DNA of 64,000 nucleotides from Eledone cirrhosa (Eukaryota): NCBI GenBank assembly GCA_964016885.1, contig OZ024745.1, positions 43,214,001-43,278,000 on the forward strand. Direction: 5' to 3'. Each line of letters starts with the position of its first letter. The stretch's first letter is position 1. This document shows, piece after piece, positions 11,085-26,281 of the stretch. The translations under genes and the position numbers were made by a program. The notes beneath the pieces are model-generated. The model saw only the letters and a list, made by a program, of their open reading frames with translations, was not told the DNA's origin and made no database searches.

Positions 11085-11390
11085 AATCTATAACTTCTGA
11101 TTGTGTCTTGGGCACTTAAAACCCGGTGGAGCCCATCTCCTCTCCGGGTTTGAACACAGCCGGTTTCTTTCACAAAAGGAGAGGGAGAATTGGAGGGAGG
11201 AAGTAAGAAAGAGATACAGAAGAAGAATTGATTCCTGTACAGGACTGGTACTCTTTTGTTATAGACCTCGAAAGGATGAAAGGCAAAAATAGACTTCAAT
11301 GGGATTTGACCTCAGATTGCAAAGAACCAGAACGAATACAGCAAATCATTCTACCTGATGTTTTAATAACCCTGCTAGTTCGCCGCCTCC
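11085..11390 (-). mobile_element. SINE copy (Meta/MESC-like core family)
   Basis: CTGGTACT...GACCTCGAAAGGATGAAAGGCAAA...GGATTTGAC. The 3' part is shared with copies at 13490, 43723 and 45746. Confidence 0.65.
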
Positions 11391-12126
11391 AATCTAGAAT
11401 CAACCTATCACAAATATAATGCAGTATGTTATAAAGAAAGATCATCGTGTTATACGAGAGAATAGATACCATCCAGGATCAGTTGGATTGTCCAGGATTG
11501 ATGGGAAAAAGCCAGAGGTCTTACCCTTCGCCTTTGGTTAAGAGGTAGATGCCTCATTTGGGTTGCCATAGTAACTAACTCTTTTACTCCTTCTCACATG
11601 TTGGATGCTGCAACAAATGTGAGGGTCACTGTATCCATTGCTGAACGGAATAAAAGTCTAAAGCACCAGAAATTATCATCAAAGAATACAGCATTTCTTA
11701 TACTTGGCCTTCTCAAACACTTTCAAGTACTGGCTTAAAAGAGGATAACAGTACAACTACAAATTCACTCTGCCCTAATCTTTCTCAACATCTGCCCAGC
11801 ATGTCGAGTAAATTGATTAAGTACTTATGAGATGAGTAATACCAACATAGAACAATTATAATTAATATTGTAGCTTGGTTTCTGACAGAGGCACAAAACC
11901 ACACATTTTGTGGGAAAGGTAATAAAGAATTAAATCGCCCCAAGTACTTAATTGGTACTTATTTTTCAGATCTTGGAATGATAAAATACACAATCAAAAG
12001 CTATAGCGTTATAACTAAAATAAAAATACGAAATATGTCTTACCTCACCACCCTAATACTAATAACAATATTAAGAATAACATATTAATTAGCTAGGTAA
12101 CATGTGAAGTCAAGGAAAATATGACC

Positions 12127-12528
12127 TGTTTATAGAAAACGTCTGTAGCGCTCTCTAGACAGGCAGTAGCTGGAGTTACTTCCCGTTGAAATTCCAGAAC
12201 CTTCTTTGTGACTTCCGTCCAGGGAACTATAAAGGAGAGAGCTGAAAGCTATCTTTCTCTCTTTTCACCTTTTGGCTGCTTGGTCTTCGGCCAGGCGCGT
12301 TTACGCCGAAAGTATACTCTCTCTTTTTGGCGCTTTCCTTCGAACCGACAACACGGAAGATGAACATGTTAATCACGGGCTTGGACTATACCTAAATATG
12401 TGCGAAGATATTTGTGTACCACAATTATAACGGTGTTATAATAAAATGAAGACTTGTATTCAATATGGTGTTTTGTAAATATATCTTATCCTTTTCTGTA
12501 TAAAACTTAGTAGTTAGATTCCGGTGAC
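12127..12528 (+). mobile_element. Possible solo LTR
   Basis: TG...CA boundaries are plausible. TATA-like CTATAAAGG is followed by a pyrimidine tract, with AATAAA at ~12440. No target-site duplication confirmed. Confidence 0.3.
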
Positions 12529-13209
12529 ATTTACTCAAGTAAATAATCCTGGGTCTGGCAGAACACTAAACGTCTATATATAAAAAAAAACTCTATGTGG
12601 TCACTCGACCTACAAGAAATAGCAGCCAAACTTTCCTCAAATCACACACACCCTACATTGTATAATATAGTCCTCAATAGACAACATCTGAATAAAATAT
12701 ATGGTGGTCAAGTCATGAGTGCCTTCCTTTTTCAGGGCTGATTTAGGGCTAAATAACATCTCGGTTGACTAAACAACACTACCACAAACATTTCATGGTA
12801 GTCTTAGACTATTTCATCGTCATCGTTATTGCCGATATTATTGCTGACGTAATGACGTCTTTCACTAGCAGCTGTTGTCATCTTCAATTTGCTAACTTGT
12901 GAGTCATGCAAGTTATAAGTTATTGAAAGACACTATGATTTGTGAGATGCTAGATGAATACAAGTTTATAACGTGCATGTAACTGCAGGTGAATGCACCA
13001 GTAACCTTTCTTTAGCACCGTGACACAGCGTGCCGGACAAATACAACGACGTAAACTAGAACATCTCAACATCTTTATATATGACATAGGTTTAAGTGGC
13101 TTTGATTTTTGTTTATAAATAGTATGAACGATGACTAATGGTTTATAAGAATTTAAGTTGTAACACTAAAATAAGGACTTCTACCCTATAGGAAAACTAA
13201 ATACAATTA

Positions 13210-14033
13210 TTTCTACACTTGGCACAAGGCCAGCAATTTGAAGGGAAGGGGTAAGTCGATTAAATCGACTCCAGTGTGTGACTGGTACTTTATTTTATCG
13301 ACCCCAAAAAGATGAAAGTTAACCTCGGCGGGATTTGAACTCAGAATGTAAATGGCCATAACTATATGCCGCAAAGCATGTTGGCCGACGCTTTACCAAT
13401 ACTAACATTCAATACAATAAAACCTTCAACCAGGTGTTCAACTGCTTCTACAATTCCATCATCTTTTAACACTAATATAAGCAGTAATATTGCGGCAAAT
13501 TAGCAGAATCGTTAGAACGTCGAATAGAACGTTTTGCGGTATTTTCTCCGGCTCTCTGCACTCTGAGTTCAAAACCCACCGAGTCAACTTTGCCTTTCAG
13601 TCTTTCGAGCTCGATAAATGAAATACCAGTCTAGTACTGGGATTGATTCTTCCTCTATCTCTTTGGAAGAAATCGGCTGTGTTCAGTCATAGAGAGGGAT
13701 GGCTCCGCCAAGTTAAAATGCCTAAGATACGCCGTGTGTCAGGATAGTGCACCTACGAGTCTATCAAAATCTGAAAAATTAATAAGAGGCGGGAGGGTGT
13801 GTTTGTACGACGATTATTCGAAACCCGAGAATATACATACATAATTGTTTCTACTTTTGGCACAAGGTCGGCAATTACCCAGTGTATTATTGGTACTTTA
13901 TTTTATCGACCCCGTAAGGATGAAAGGCAAAGTTAACCTCGGTGGGATTTGAACTCAGACCATAAAGAACCGTAACTCTATGCTGCAAAGCATGGCATCC
14001 GACCCTCTACCGATACTGCCAATCCACCGCCCT
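13210..14033. mobile_element. Three SINE copies (-, +, -)
   Basis: 13210-13405 (-), 13490-13750 (+) and 13845-14033 (-) share the core seen at 3575-4562. Confidence 0.7.
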
Positions 14034-15702
14034 TATACAGAGTATACATACATAATAGCTGCATCTCAGTTTCGAGAATTGTGTGGCACGAATATAACTT
14101 TTTAGCCCTCCCAAGGACTTAGATTCCTTTCTGAATAGGCTGCAGCCCCCCCCCCCCCCCACAAAAAAAAATAATAAACCCCCTCAAAAGAAACAAAACC
14201 CCAAAAAACAAAAAAACAAAAACAAAAAATACGAATGGCCATGCTCACGCAACACACGGGAAAGTCGTTTAGATCAAGTGATGCCTGTGCTTGAAGCTGA
14301 CATGGTAAACACTCCTTTTGGTGCCCAAGCGCACGGTTAGCCCACGGTTAGCCCACCGGCGGAAAGAGACCTCTAGTTATTGTTAGCACATCATTCTAGG
14401 AGAAGGAAAACTCTGATGTAAAACCTGCGACTCGAAGGCAGCCAATGATGTTGACCTGTTCTTCTTTTTGGATACCTCTCACCGTTGTTCAGAGAGTGGA
14501 ATTGGTCCAGTGCAAGACCTTTCTTCCTTTAAAATGCTTCAAGTACAGACATCCCTTGTATACACCACCCCACATATATGTATCTACCCCCCACCCCATA
14601 TATATATATATATATATAATATAGAAATGGGTATGTATTGAGTATCTTATTGTGGTTACTCCTGATTGAACACGGGATACACACACACACATATATATAT
14701 AAATATATATACATACACACACATGTATATATAAAAGTCAAATACCAAGGGCGCTAGTTTTTAAAGGTGTTTAGAAACGTGAGGACACTGTGAGAAAAAT
14801 TCTGTTCGTGCGTTAAACGGTTTATTGCTTTTGTGGAGATTATTCAATATCTTTCATTTCTCGTGGATATTCAACAATGGCCTCAACTCTTTCAAGAGGT
14901 CTTATTCTGTTGCATGCATTGTTCTTTCACAACACACTAAACTGTATCAAGATACTTTAGTAATAAATATCAACTAATCACTAAAATTAACTGGACAAAG
15001 AAGACTGAAAATTGACCACCCTCAGCAAACAAATTATAACTGAAGATAAGACACGCATTTAAAAGGAAATCCTGTAAAACACTAAAAAAGAATTAAGTGG
15101 TTGCTTGCAATCGAGTATGTCTTGGTAGTTTGCACAACGCTTTCGCTGATGGCTTTAACTACCAATACAGTCGTGAGCAGACACAGACACCCTCACGACT
15201 CTCCCTCCTTTGATCCAGCGGAATATCCAGGATGTGACAGTTGGAAAGAAGGAGCGTTGTACCAGCTCTGGCCTGGTACTTTCTATATCGACCTGGAAAG
15301 GATGAAAGGCAAAGTGGACATCAGCGGGATTGGAACTCAGAACACAGAAACCAGGAACAAATATTCAATACTCTAACGACTCTGGCAAATCGATGGCCAT
15401 GAACAAAAACCATAAGCAAATCAAACTTAAACAAATTAATCCTCATCAATGATTTATATCAAATATACAACTGATTTATTTAGATGAACAAAAGAAAACA
15501 AAACACTATATCTAGTTCAGATAAAATAAAAAGAACAGAAATGAAATAAACAATTCAATAAATAGTTATATAAATAAATGGCACACCTCTTATATTTGCA
15601 GTACCTTTAAATAGAACCACACCTACAATATAACAATAGCTACTAATCAAGAAAAGTCAACAACAATAAATAAAAAAAAGAAAAGGAATACTACAAGAAG
15701 AA

Positions 15703-17896
15703 AATATAGATACTACACAGTTTAATATAGATACTAAACAGTGTAATATAGATACTAAACAGTGTAATATAGATACTACACAGTGTAATATAGATACTAC
15801 ACAGTGTAATATAGATACTACACAGTGTAATATAGATACTACACAGTGTAATATAGATACTACACAGTGTAATATAGATACTAAACAGTGTAATATAGAT
15901 ACTACACAGTGTAATATAGATACTACACAGTGTAATATAGATACTACACAGTGTAATATAGATACTAAACAGTGTAATATAGATACTACACAGTGTAATA
16001 TAGATACTACACAGTGTAATATAGATACTACACTGTGTAATATAGATACTACACAGTTTAATATAGATACTAAACAGTGTAATATAGATACTAAACAGTG
16101 TAATATAGATACTACACAGTGTAATATAGATACTACACAGTGTAATATAGATACTACACTGTGTAATATAAATACTACACAGTGTAATATATATACTAAA
16201 CAGTGTAATATAGATACTACACAGTGTAATATAGATACTACACAGTGTAATATAGATACTACACAGTGTAATATAAATACTACACAGTGTAATATAGATA
16301 CTAAACAGTGTAATATAGATACTACACTGTGTAATATAGATACTACACTGTGTAATATAGATACTACAGTGTAATATAGATACTACACTGTGTAATATAG
16401 TTATTACACAGTGTAATATAGTTACTACACAGTGTAATATAGATACTACACAGTGTAATATAAATACTACACTGTGTAATATAGATACTACAGTGTAATA
16501 TAGATACTACACTGTGTAATATAGATACTACACTGTGTAATATAATTATTACACAGTGTAATATAGATACTACACAGTTTAATATAGATACTACACAGTG
16601 TAATATAGATACTACACAGTGTAATATAGTTACTACACAGTGTAATATAGATACTACACTGTGTAATATAAATACTACACAGTGTAATATAGATACTAAA
16701 CAGTGTAATATAGACACTACACAGTGGAATATAGATACTACACAGTGTAATATAGATACTACACAGTGTAATATAGTTACTACACAGTGTAATATAATTA
16801 CTACACAGTGTAATATAAATACTACACAGAGTAATATAGTTACTACACTGTGTAATATAGTTACTACACAGTGTAATATAAATACTACACAGTGTAATAT
16901 AGTTACTACACAGTGTAATATAGATACTACACAGTGTAATATAGTTATTACACTGTTTAATATAATTATTACACAGTGTAATATAGATACTACACACTGT
17001 AATATAGTTACTACACAGTGTAATATAGTTATTACACAGTGTAATATAGATACTACACAGTTTAATATAGATACTACACAGTGTAATATAGATACTACAC
17101 AGTGTAATATAGTTACTACACAGTGTAATATAGATACTACACTGTGTAATATAGTTATTACACTGTGTAATATAGTTACTACACAGTGTAATATAGTTAT
17201 TACACAGTGTAATATAAATACTACACAGTGTAATATAAATACTACACAGTGTAATATAGTTACTATACTGTGTAATATAGATACTACACAGTGTAATATA
17301 GATACTACACAGTGTAATATAGATACTACACAGTGTAATATAGATACTACACAGTGTAATATAGTTAATACACAGTGTAATATAGATACTACACAGTGTA
17401 ATATAGATACTACACAGTGTAATATAGTTACTACACAGTGTAATATAGATACTACACAGTGTTATATAGTTACTACACAGTTTAATATAGATACTACACA
17501 GTTTAATATAGATACTACACAGTGTAATATAGTTATTACACAGTGTAATATAGATACTACACAATGCAATATAGTTACTACACAAGGTAATATAGATACT
17601 ACACAGTTTAATATAGATACTACACAGTGTAATGTAGATACTACACAGTGCAATATAGTTACTACACTGTGTAATATAGATACTACACAGTGTAATATAG
17701 ATACTACACTGTGTAATATAATTATTACACTGTGTAATATAGTTACTACACAGTGTAATATAGTTATTACAGTGTAATATAGATACTACACTGTGTAATA
17801 TAGTTACTACACTGTGTAATATAGATACTACACTGTGTAATATAGTTACTACACTGTGTAATATAGATACTACACTGTGTAATATAGTTACTACAC
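15703..17896. repeat. 21-bp minisatellite (CAGTGTAATATAGATACTACA)n, about 100 copies
   Basis: Directly visible tandem array with variants (GAT/GTT, CAG/CTG, 2-nt deletions). Confidence 0.97.
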
Positions 17897-18397
17897 GTTT
17901 CAGATAATTAACTTGTAATTGGAAAAGACGTCTTGTCGTAACTGTTACGTCCCAACCTCTTCCATTTCGACCCTGTTCCTACTGACACAGACAGCACCAT
18001 TATTTGCATGACAGTACAATTAGACCGATATCAGTTCACTGTTTACATTCTGCAGGACAGCGGTATGTAAACATAATCCAATGTACCTGAAAATCGTGCT
18101 GTTTTGTAACACACCCCAAAACTGAGATTGTCTGACGGATCGGATACATTGCCTACACAAACATATATAGACGTACAACTACATACGCATTGACATAGAG
18201 ATAGAGAGACAACACACACACACACACACACACACTGGCAGCTTGTGTTCCCCCTCTCTCTTTCTCTCTTGTGTGTATATATATATATATATATAGAATG
18301 AAATGAAATTTCATTTCTCACTCTTAGTACGGCACTTACTTAAATGTAAGTATGTATGTATACGTACATACATGTATGCATACAGACGTACAGTATC

Positions 18398-18512
<115 letters not shown>

Positions 18513-18664
18513 CAGGCACACATATATATATATGTACGTATCAGTTTAGCGACCATTTATTATAATGTTCGCTTTGTTCGTTTGTAAACAAACGGACAGC
18601 CTGATTTATGCCGTACGGTGTTAAGGCAACCACGTCACCTTTTTGTTCAACACTGACACAGGAA

Positions 18665-18705
18665 CGATGTACTAGTTTCAAGCTTGTTAGCTATCGTCAG
18701 CACCG
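18665..18705 (-). ncRNA. Minimal type I hammerhead ribozyme
   Basis: Reverse complement of 18871-18911. Confidence 0.75.
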
Positions 18706-18870
18706 TATACCCTTCTGCCAGATGGTTGAACGTTCGAAAGTATATACTTTCCTTATGAAAATTAACGGCCGACTAAACTCACTCGATATGCAAATTAGGC
18801 TGCTCAGCCGTTAATTTTCATAAGGAAAGTATATACTTTCGAACGTTCAACCATCTGGCAGAAGGGTATA

Positions 18871-18911
18871 CGGTGCTGACGATAGCTAACAAGCTTGAAA
18901 CTAGTACATCG
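18871..18911 (+). ncRNA. Minimal type I hammerhead ribozyme
   Basis: CGGTG-CTGACGA-tAGCTaacaAGCTt-GAAAC-TA-GTA-CATCG: intact core, 5-bp stem I (one GU pair), GUA cleavage triplet. Confidence 0.8.
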
Positions 18912-19273
18912 TTCCTGTGTCAGTGTTGAACAAAAAGGTGACGTGGTTGCCTTAACACCGTACGGCATAAATCAGGCTGTCCGTTTGTTTACAAACGAAC
19001 AAAGCGAACATTATAATAAATGTTCGCTAAACTGATACGTACATATATATATATATATGTGTGCCTGTATATATATATATATATATACATGGTACTGTAC
19101 GTCTGTATGCATACATGTATGTACGTATACATACATACTTACATATATATATATATATATATATATTGTTATACTTGGGGAGGGTTCTATTTGTGTAATA
19201 ATATTGCCAGAATTAATAACAGAACACACTCACTGTTTGGTTGGTTTTCGCTTCTGTATCTTTTATATCAGTT

Positions 19274-19581
19274 AGTTTAATTTATTCGGTCCTCAATGTT
19301 ACCATTTACTGACCAACGGTCAGAAATACAGATATAATATAGACACAAACACATATATATAGTCTAACAAAGTTCTTTCGTTTCACATCTGCAACATCGT
19401 TAATAAAGATGGCGTAGACATACAATACAACAGGAGGAAACATAATAGCACCACTGACGATGTTGCAGATGTGCAACGAAAGAACTTTGTTAGACTATAT
19501 ATATGTCTTTGTGTCTATATTATATCTGTATTTTTGACCGTTGGTCAGTAAATGGTAACATTGAGGACCGAATAAATTAAA

Positions 19582-19583
<2 letters not shown>
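19274..19583. repeat. Fold-back element (about 125-bp arms) with one hammerhead
   Basis: 19274-19400 is the reverse complement of 19457-19583; flanked by (TA)n on the right. Confidence 0.85.
19446..19493 (+). ncRNA. Minimal hammerhead ribozyme motif
   Basis: CTGACGA-tGTTGCAgatgTGCAAC-GAAAG-AA-CTT. Stem I is weak. Confidence 0.6.
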
Positions 19584-19656
<73 letters not shown>

Positions 19657-20075
19657 GAAGTTAGTGTATGAAAACATTTATTTTTCTCCTTTTCCGTTGT
19701 TTTCTTTCCTATGTAAACATACAGAACTGTGTGTGTGTATGTGTGTATATGTGTGTATATGTGTGTTCCAGTTCAATCAATGGAACTAGCTGTTTAAAAC
19801 GTGCAAATGGTTGAGTATTCTACAGACGGGGATCCAGTGTGTCCCAGTGTGTGACACGGGTGGTCCTTTAAACTATAGGTGCAACTCTATCTTACTATTT
19901 GAGAGGACTGAAGCAACGTGAAATAAGTGCCTTGTTTAAGGATATAACGCCTCCATATATGTTTTTATATATTGCAAGAGATGTCAACATGAATGGACCT
20001 ATTATTTTTATCTAAAGACATTTTTTTCCAATTCCAACCCGCCCGTCCCCTCAATCTATTTTATTTCTCATTCTT

Positions 20076-20112
20076 TCTTCTGATGAAGGACTAGCGTCCG
20101 AAACGTTAAGAC
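20076..20112 (+). ncRNA. Minimal hammerhead ribozyme motif (inverse copy at 22980-23015)
   Basis: TCTT-CTGATGA-aGGACtagcGTCC-GAAAC-GTT-AAGA. Palindromic stem III (AACGTT) as in Penelope-type minimal hammerheads. Confidence 0.7.
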
Positions 20113-20190
20113 CCTCTTCCTGCTATATCAAGCGTTAACCTAATATATCCCTTCCATATACTGTACCGATTGTGTTGTTATTTCTGTTTA

Positions 20191-20327
<137 letters not shown>

Positions 20328-20404
20328 AATATATATATATATATGTAACATCAGCGTCTTTATTGATGTTATTATTATTATTAATAATAACATCAATAAA
20401 GAAA

Positions 20405-20437
<33 letters not shown>

Positions 20438-20477
20438 GACATATATCTACATGTATATACACACATTCACACACTCA

Positions 20478-20536
<59 letters not shown>

Positions 20537-20743
20537 ACACTACATTCACATATGTATGTATACACACACACACATATAATCATTGAAAGATATTCAGTTA
20601 AAAATGGTCAATGACCCCAGTTAAAGTGAAATACTGATTATATAATGTATGTCATCTCTTATAGAAGTCGTTCTCGGCGATTTTCTAACCGAAAGAAATA
20701 TAACTAGTCATTTCAGTAGTTACCGATGATGTTGATCTTTTCT

Positions 20744-22320
20744 TCTTTTCGGGTTATAGCTACTGTCACTCTTTCGGGTTATAGCTACTCTCACTCTTTC
20801 GGGTTATAGCTACTGTCACTCTTTCGGGTTATAGCTACTGTCACTCTTTCGGGTTATAGCTACTGTCACTCTTTCGGGTTATAGCTACTGTCACTCTTTC
20901 GGGTTATAGCTACTCTCACTCTTTCGGGTTATAGCTACTGTCACTCTTTCGGGTTATAGCTACTGTTACTCTTTCGGGTTATAGCTACTCTCACTCTTTC
21001 GGGTTATAGCTACTGTTACTCTTTCGGGTTATAGCTACTCTCACTCTTTCGGGTTATAGCTACTGTCACTCTTTCGGGTTATAGCTACTCTCACTCTTTC
21101 GGGTTATAGCTACTCTCACTCTTTCGGGTTATAGCTACTGTCATTCTTTCGGGTTATAGCTACTCTCACTCTTTCGGGTTATAGCTACTCTCACTCTTTC
21201 GGGTTATAGCTACTGTCACTCTTTCGGGTTATAGCTACTGTCACTCTTTCGGGTTATAGCTACTGTCACTCTTTCGGGTTATAGCTACTGTCACTCTTTC
21301 GGGTTATAGCTACTGTCACTCTTTCGGGTTATAGCTACTCTCACTCTTTCGGGTTATAGCTACTGTCACTCTTTCGGGTTATAGCTACTGTCACTCTTTC
21401 GGGTTATAGCTACTCTCACTCTTTCGGGTTATAGCTACTGTTACTCTTTCGGGTTATAGCTACTGTCACTCTTTCGGGTTATAGCTACTGTCACTCTTTC
21501 GGGTTATAGCTACTCTCACTCTTTCGGGTTATAGCTACTGTCACTCTTTCGGGTTATAGCTACTGTCACTCTTTCGGGTTATAGCTACTCTCACTCTTTC
21601 GGGTTATAGCTACTGTCACTCTTTCGGGTTATAGCTACTGTCACTCTTTCGGGTTATAGCTACTGTCACTCTTTCGGGTTATAGCTACTGTCACTCTTTC
21701 GGCTTATAGCTACTGTCACTCTTTCGGGTTATAGCTACTGTCACTCTTTCGGGTTATAGCTACTCTCACTCTTTCGGGTTATAGCTACTCTCACTCTTTC
21801 GGGTTATAGCTACTGTCACTCTTTCGGGTTATAGCTACTGTCACTCTTTCGGGTTATAGCTACTGTCACTCTTTCGAGTTATAGCTACTCTCACTCTTTC
21901 GGGTTATAGCTACTCTCACTCTTTCGGGTTATAGCTACTCTCACTCTTTCGGGTTATAGCTACTCTCACTCTTTCGGGTTATAGCTACTCTCACTCTTTC
22001 GGGTTATAGCTACTGTCACTCTTTCGGGTTATAGCTACTGTCACTCTTTCGAGTTATAGCTACTGTCACTCTTTCGGGTTATAGCTACTGTCACTCTTTC
22101 GGGTTATAGCTACTGTCACTCTTTCGGGTTATAGCTACTCTCACTCTTTCGGGTTATAGCTACTGTCACTCTTTCGGGTTATAGCTACTGTCACTCTTAC
22201 GGGTTATAGCTACTCTCACTCTTTCGGGTTATAGTTACTGTCACTCTTTCGAGTTATAGCTACTGTCACTCTTTCGGGTTATAGCTACTGTCACTCTTTC
22301 GGGTTTTAGCTAATCTCACT
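20744..22320. repeat. 25-bp minisatellite (TCACTCTTTCGGGTTATAGCTACTG)n, about 63 copies
   Basis: Highly homogeneous tandem array with mainly one G/C dimorphic position. Confidence 0.97.
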
Positions 22321-22374
22321 CAGAGAGTGGGATTGGCATATCGTGCAATGGACATACTCGATAACGAGGGGGCA

Positions 22375-22415
<41 letters not shown>

Positions 22416-22430
22416 TATATATATATATAT

Positions 22431-22650
22431 AAGGCGTGTAGCTGAGTGGTTAGAGAATTGGATTCACAATCTTGAGGTTGTGAGTTCGATTCCTGGACCG
22501 GGCGATGCGTTATGTCCTTGAGCAAGACACTTTATTTCACGTTGCTCCTTCTACCTGGAGTTGCGACCGATAGATAGTACTAGCAACTGGAAAGACCAAC
22601 GGAAACATTGTTTCCTCGGTCCGATTTGACGAAAGTCGATCGATCCTTTT
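22431..22650 (+). mobile_element. tRNA-derived SINE with a CORE-like block
   Basis: GGCGTGTAGCTGAGTGGTTAGAG...GTGAGTTCGATTCCTGG...TGTCCTTGAGCAAGACACTTTATTTCAC. Confidence 0.7.
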
Positions 22651-22661
22651 TATATATATAA

Positions 22662-22708
<47 letters not shown>

Positions 22709-22727
22709 CATATAAATATATATATAT

Positions 22728-22767
<40 letters not shown>

Positions 22768-22837
22768 GTATATATATATATTATATATATTATATATATA
22801 TACTCTTTTACCTGTTCCAGCCATCCGGCTGAGGGGG

Positions 22838-22892
<55 letters not shown>

Positions 22893-23375
22893 ATAAAAGG
22901 TAAACAGAAATAACAACACAACCGGTACAGTATATGGAAGGTATATATTAGGTTAACGCTTGATATAGCAGGAAGAGGGTCTTAGCGTTTCGGACGCTAG
23001 TCCTTCATCAGAAGAAAGAATGAGAAATAAAATAGATTTAGGGGACGGGTGGGTTGGAATTGGAAAAAAATGTCTTTAGATAAAAATAATAGGTCCATTC
23101 ATGTTGATATATATTGCGCTCACCTGTCTGAGTCCTGATTCTTTTAAAGTTATATATACAATATACTGTATATACATATATATATACATACATATATCTT
23201 TAAAAGAGTCAGGACCCCGACGGCTGAGCTCAATAGATGTCAACATGAATGGACCTGTTATTTTTGTATGTATCGAGAAAGAAAGAGCCATATATCGTAT
23301 AAGAGACATAGTATATTGTATATATACCAAATATATATTCTATAGAAGAATGAAACACCTCTATTCCTGTAGAAG

Positions 23376-23486
<111 letters not shown>

Positions 23487-23489
23487 TAT

Positions 23490-23522
<33 letters not shown>

Positions 23523-23527
23523 TATAT

Positions 23528-23568
<41 letters not shown>

Positions 23569-23571
23569 TAC

Positions 23572-23626
<55 letters not shown>

Positions 23627-23635
23627 CATATATAT

Positions 23636-23734
<99 letters not shown>

Positions 23735-23959
23735 GTGTGTGTGCGCGTACGCACACACCCGTACCCATTACACACATAAATGCATACGCACACATACATA
23801 ATTCCATACACATATATAACCCATTATACACATATTACCATCCACTGTCAACAAGATAACTACAATCATTAATATTATTTTTCTTCTTCTCGTCAAATAA
23901 AAGAATATATTTCCAAACCAAACCATAGAGTAAAACAAAAGAAAAAACAAACAACTTAC

Positions 23960-23999
23960 CGAAATAGACCTCCTTATTGCACGTTGGGCACTTGGGCAT
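23960..23999 (-). CDS. CRIP1: CRIP-like LIM-domain protein, first coding exon (40 nt)
   Basis: ATG at 23999 gives MPKCPTCNKEVYF plus G, followed by a GTAAGT donor at 23959-23954. Nearly identical to the CRIP1 N-terminus MPKCPKCNKEVYF. Confidence 0.92.
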
Positions 24000-24299
24000 G
24001 TTGACAAACTTTGATGTATACAATGATAACCGTAGAAAAAAAGCCGAAGGGCGGGAATAGAAAGATAAGGTTATGTATGTGATAAGCGAGCAACAAATGT
24101 TGAATTACTACTGACTGTGAGGAGTGTAATTATCGCTATATGACAGCAGAGTGTTGAGTAGTTTCCAAAGGAAGTTAATACGTCCAACCAGTGGTTGACT
24201 ATAAAGTAACACACCCACGCTAATATTTACGCGCCCAGTCTTTCAGAACAGATGATACACAACAAGGCGATTACAGCCGATACGACCAGTTATATATAC

Positions 24300-24330
<31 letters not shown>

Positions 24331-24432
24331 TGTATGTATGTATGTATGTATGTATGTATGTATGTATGTATGTATGTATGTATGTATGTATGTATGTTTA
24401 CACACAGACATACACACATATATATATATGTG

Positions 24433-24543
<111 letters not shown>

Positions 24544-24544
24544 T

Positions 24545-24978
24545 GAAACAAAATGAAAACGAAATTTCATTTCTCACTCTTAGTATGGCACTTACTGACC
24601 GATTTAACTCACTCAATATGCAAATTAGGCTGCTCAGCCGTTAATTTTCATAAGGAAAGTATATACTTTCGAACGTTCAACTATCTGGCAGATGGGTAAA
24701 CGGTGCTGATGATAGCTAACAAGCTTGAAACTAGTACATCGTTCCTGTGTCAGTGTTGAACAAAAAGGTGACGTGGTTGCCTTAACACCGTATGGCATAA
24801 ATTCAGGCTGTTCAGTTTGTTTACAAACGAACAAAGCGACGTTAGCGCCGCTAAACTGATACGTGCATATATGTATGTGTACCTGTATGCATATGTATAT
24901 ATATATGTATATATATATATATATGTGCATGCTACTGTACGTCTGTATACATATATGTATGTACGTATACATGCATAC

Positions 24979-24980
<2 letters not shown>
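24545..24980 (+). mobile_element. Copy of the 18295-family element with a hammerhead at 24701-24741
   Basis: CGGTG-CTGATGA-tAGCTaacaAGCTt-GAAAC-TA-GTA-CATCG, embedded in (TA)n about 550 bp upstream of the CRIP ATG. Confidence 0.75.
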
Positions 24981-25010
<30 letters not shown>

Positions 25011-25042
25011 ATATATATTTATACTCACACACCCATATATAT

Positions 25043-25111
<69 letters not shown>

Positions 25112-25160
25112 TGTATGTATGTATGTTTGTATGTATGTATGTATGTTTACACACAGACAT

Positions 25161-25226
<66 letters not shown>

Positions 25227-25250
25227 TTATACTAACACACCCATATATAT

Positions 25251-25284
<34 letters not shown>

Positions 25285-25387
25285 GAAAAACAAGGGGAGA
25301 AGAATACTGCATGGTTGCAGATGGATTACATATTATAAAATTAGTCCCACATCAGTGATTTGCCAACCATCATTGGTATTTCATCGC

Positions 25388-25433
<46 letters not shown>

Positions 25434-25556
25434 GGAGGTGAGTTTTATTGTAGTACAATAAAGCAATGCAGATATCGGATAAGAAGCACTCTACAGTTTG
25501 TAGGACTGGAGTATACATAATATATAAGATCAAAAGATGGTTAAATGAGTTCCATG

Positions 25557-25627
25557 TATTTTATTATGCGCATTTCAAAAACAAATATCATCATGCAATA
25601 ACATTTGTGTTTTCATCAGATAAAATA
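25557..25627 (-). ncRNA. Hammerhead ribozyme in the inverted pLTR
   Basis: Reverse complement of 29094-29164. Confidence 0.72.
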
Positions 25628-26281
25628 GGAGGACATGATATGAAGGATAAAAACACTTGTGGATAGTGCAGTTTTAAATCAACATATGAAAAGTAGTTTT
25701 AGATTGATGTGTGATATTGGGGAAAACATTTTTTTGAGGGGGGGGGGGGAGGTTGGAAGGGATGAAAAAGAGGAGGAGATGAGAGTAAAAAGTGGAGGGG
25801 GAGGAGTATAATGAGGAAGGATGAGATAGGAGGAGAGATGGGTGATAGAGAGAGAGAGATAGCTTTTATAACTGAGAAAAATATATTGTTTTACATAGAG
25901 AGGTTGAAAAACCGTTGGAAGATAATATATAAATTAAAAGAATTTGAAAATTAACGAAGAGAAAAATAATGTAAAGTTAAGGTTTGTATATTGAAGGGTT
26001 TAATAATATGTGCGATGAAAAGAAATTGTTTATATGTATTAAGAATAATATTTAAGGGTTTAATAATATGTGCGATGGAAAGAAAATGTTAATATGTATT
26101 AAGAATAATATTTAAGGGTTTAATAATATGTGCGATGGAAAGAAAATGTTGATATGTATTATTAAAAAAACAGAAGTAATGTAAGTAAGGATATATTGTG
26201 AGATGAGCATGAATAAGTTAGATGAAAGTGAGAAAAAAATAATGAATAGAGGATGAATAATCTAACGTCAAAAAAAAATAT

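Noticed and set aside
16364-17653. Cys-rich ORFs (CSIYITL and SILHCVV repeats)
   Set aside because: They are translations of the 21-bp satellite with no unique coding flanks.
20744-22320. 25-bp array as a CRISPR array
   Set aside because: The units are contiguous with no unique spacers, there are no cas genes, and the context is eukaryotic.
22431-22503. tRNA gene
   Set aside because: It has A and B boxes but no convincing acceptor stem, runs into a SINE body, and has an inverse copy at ~8270-8338. It is a SINE head.
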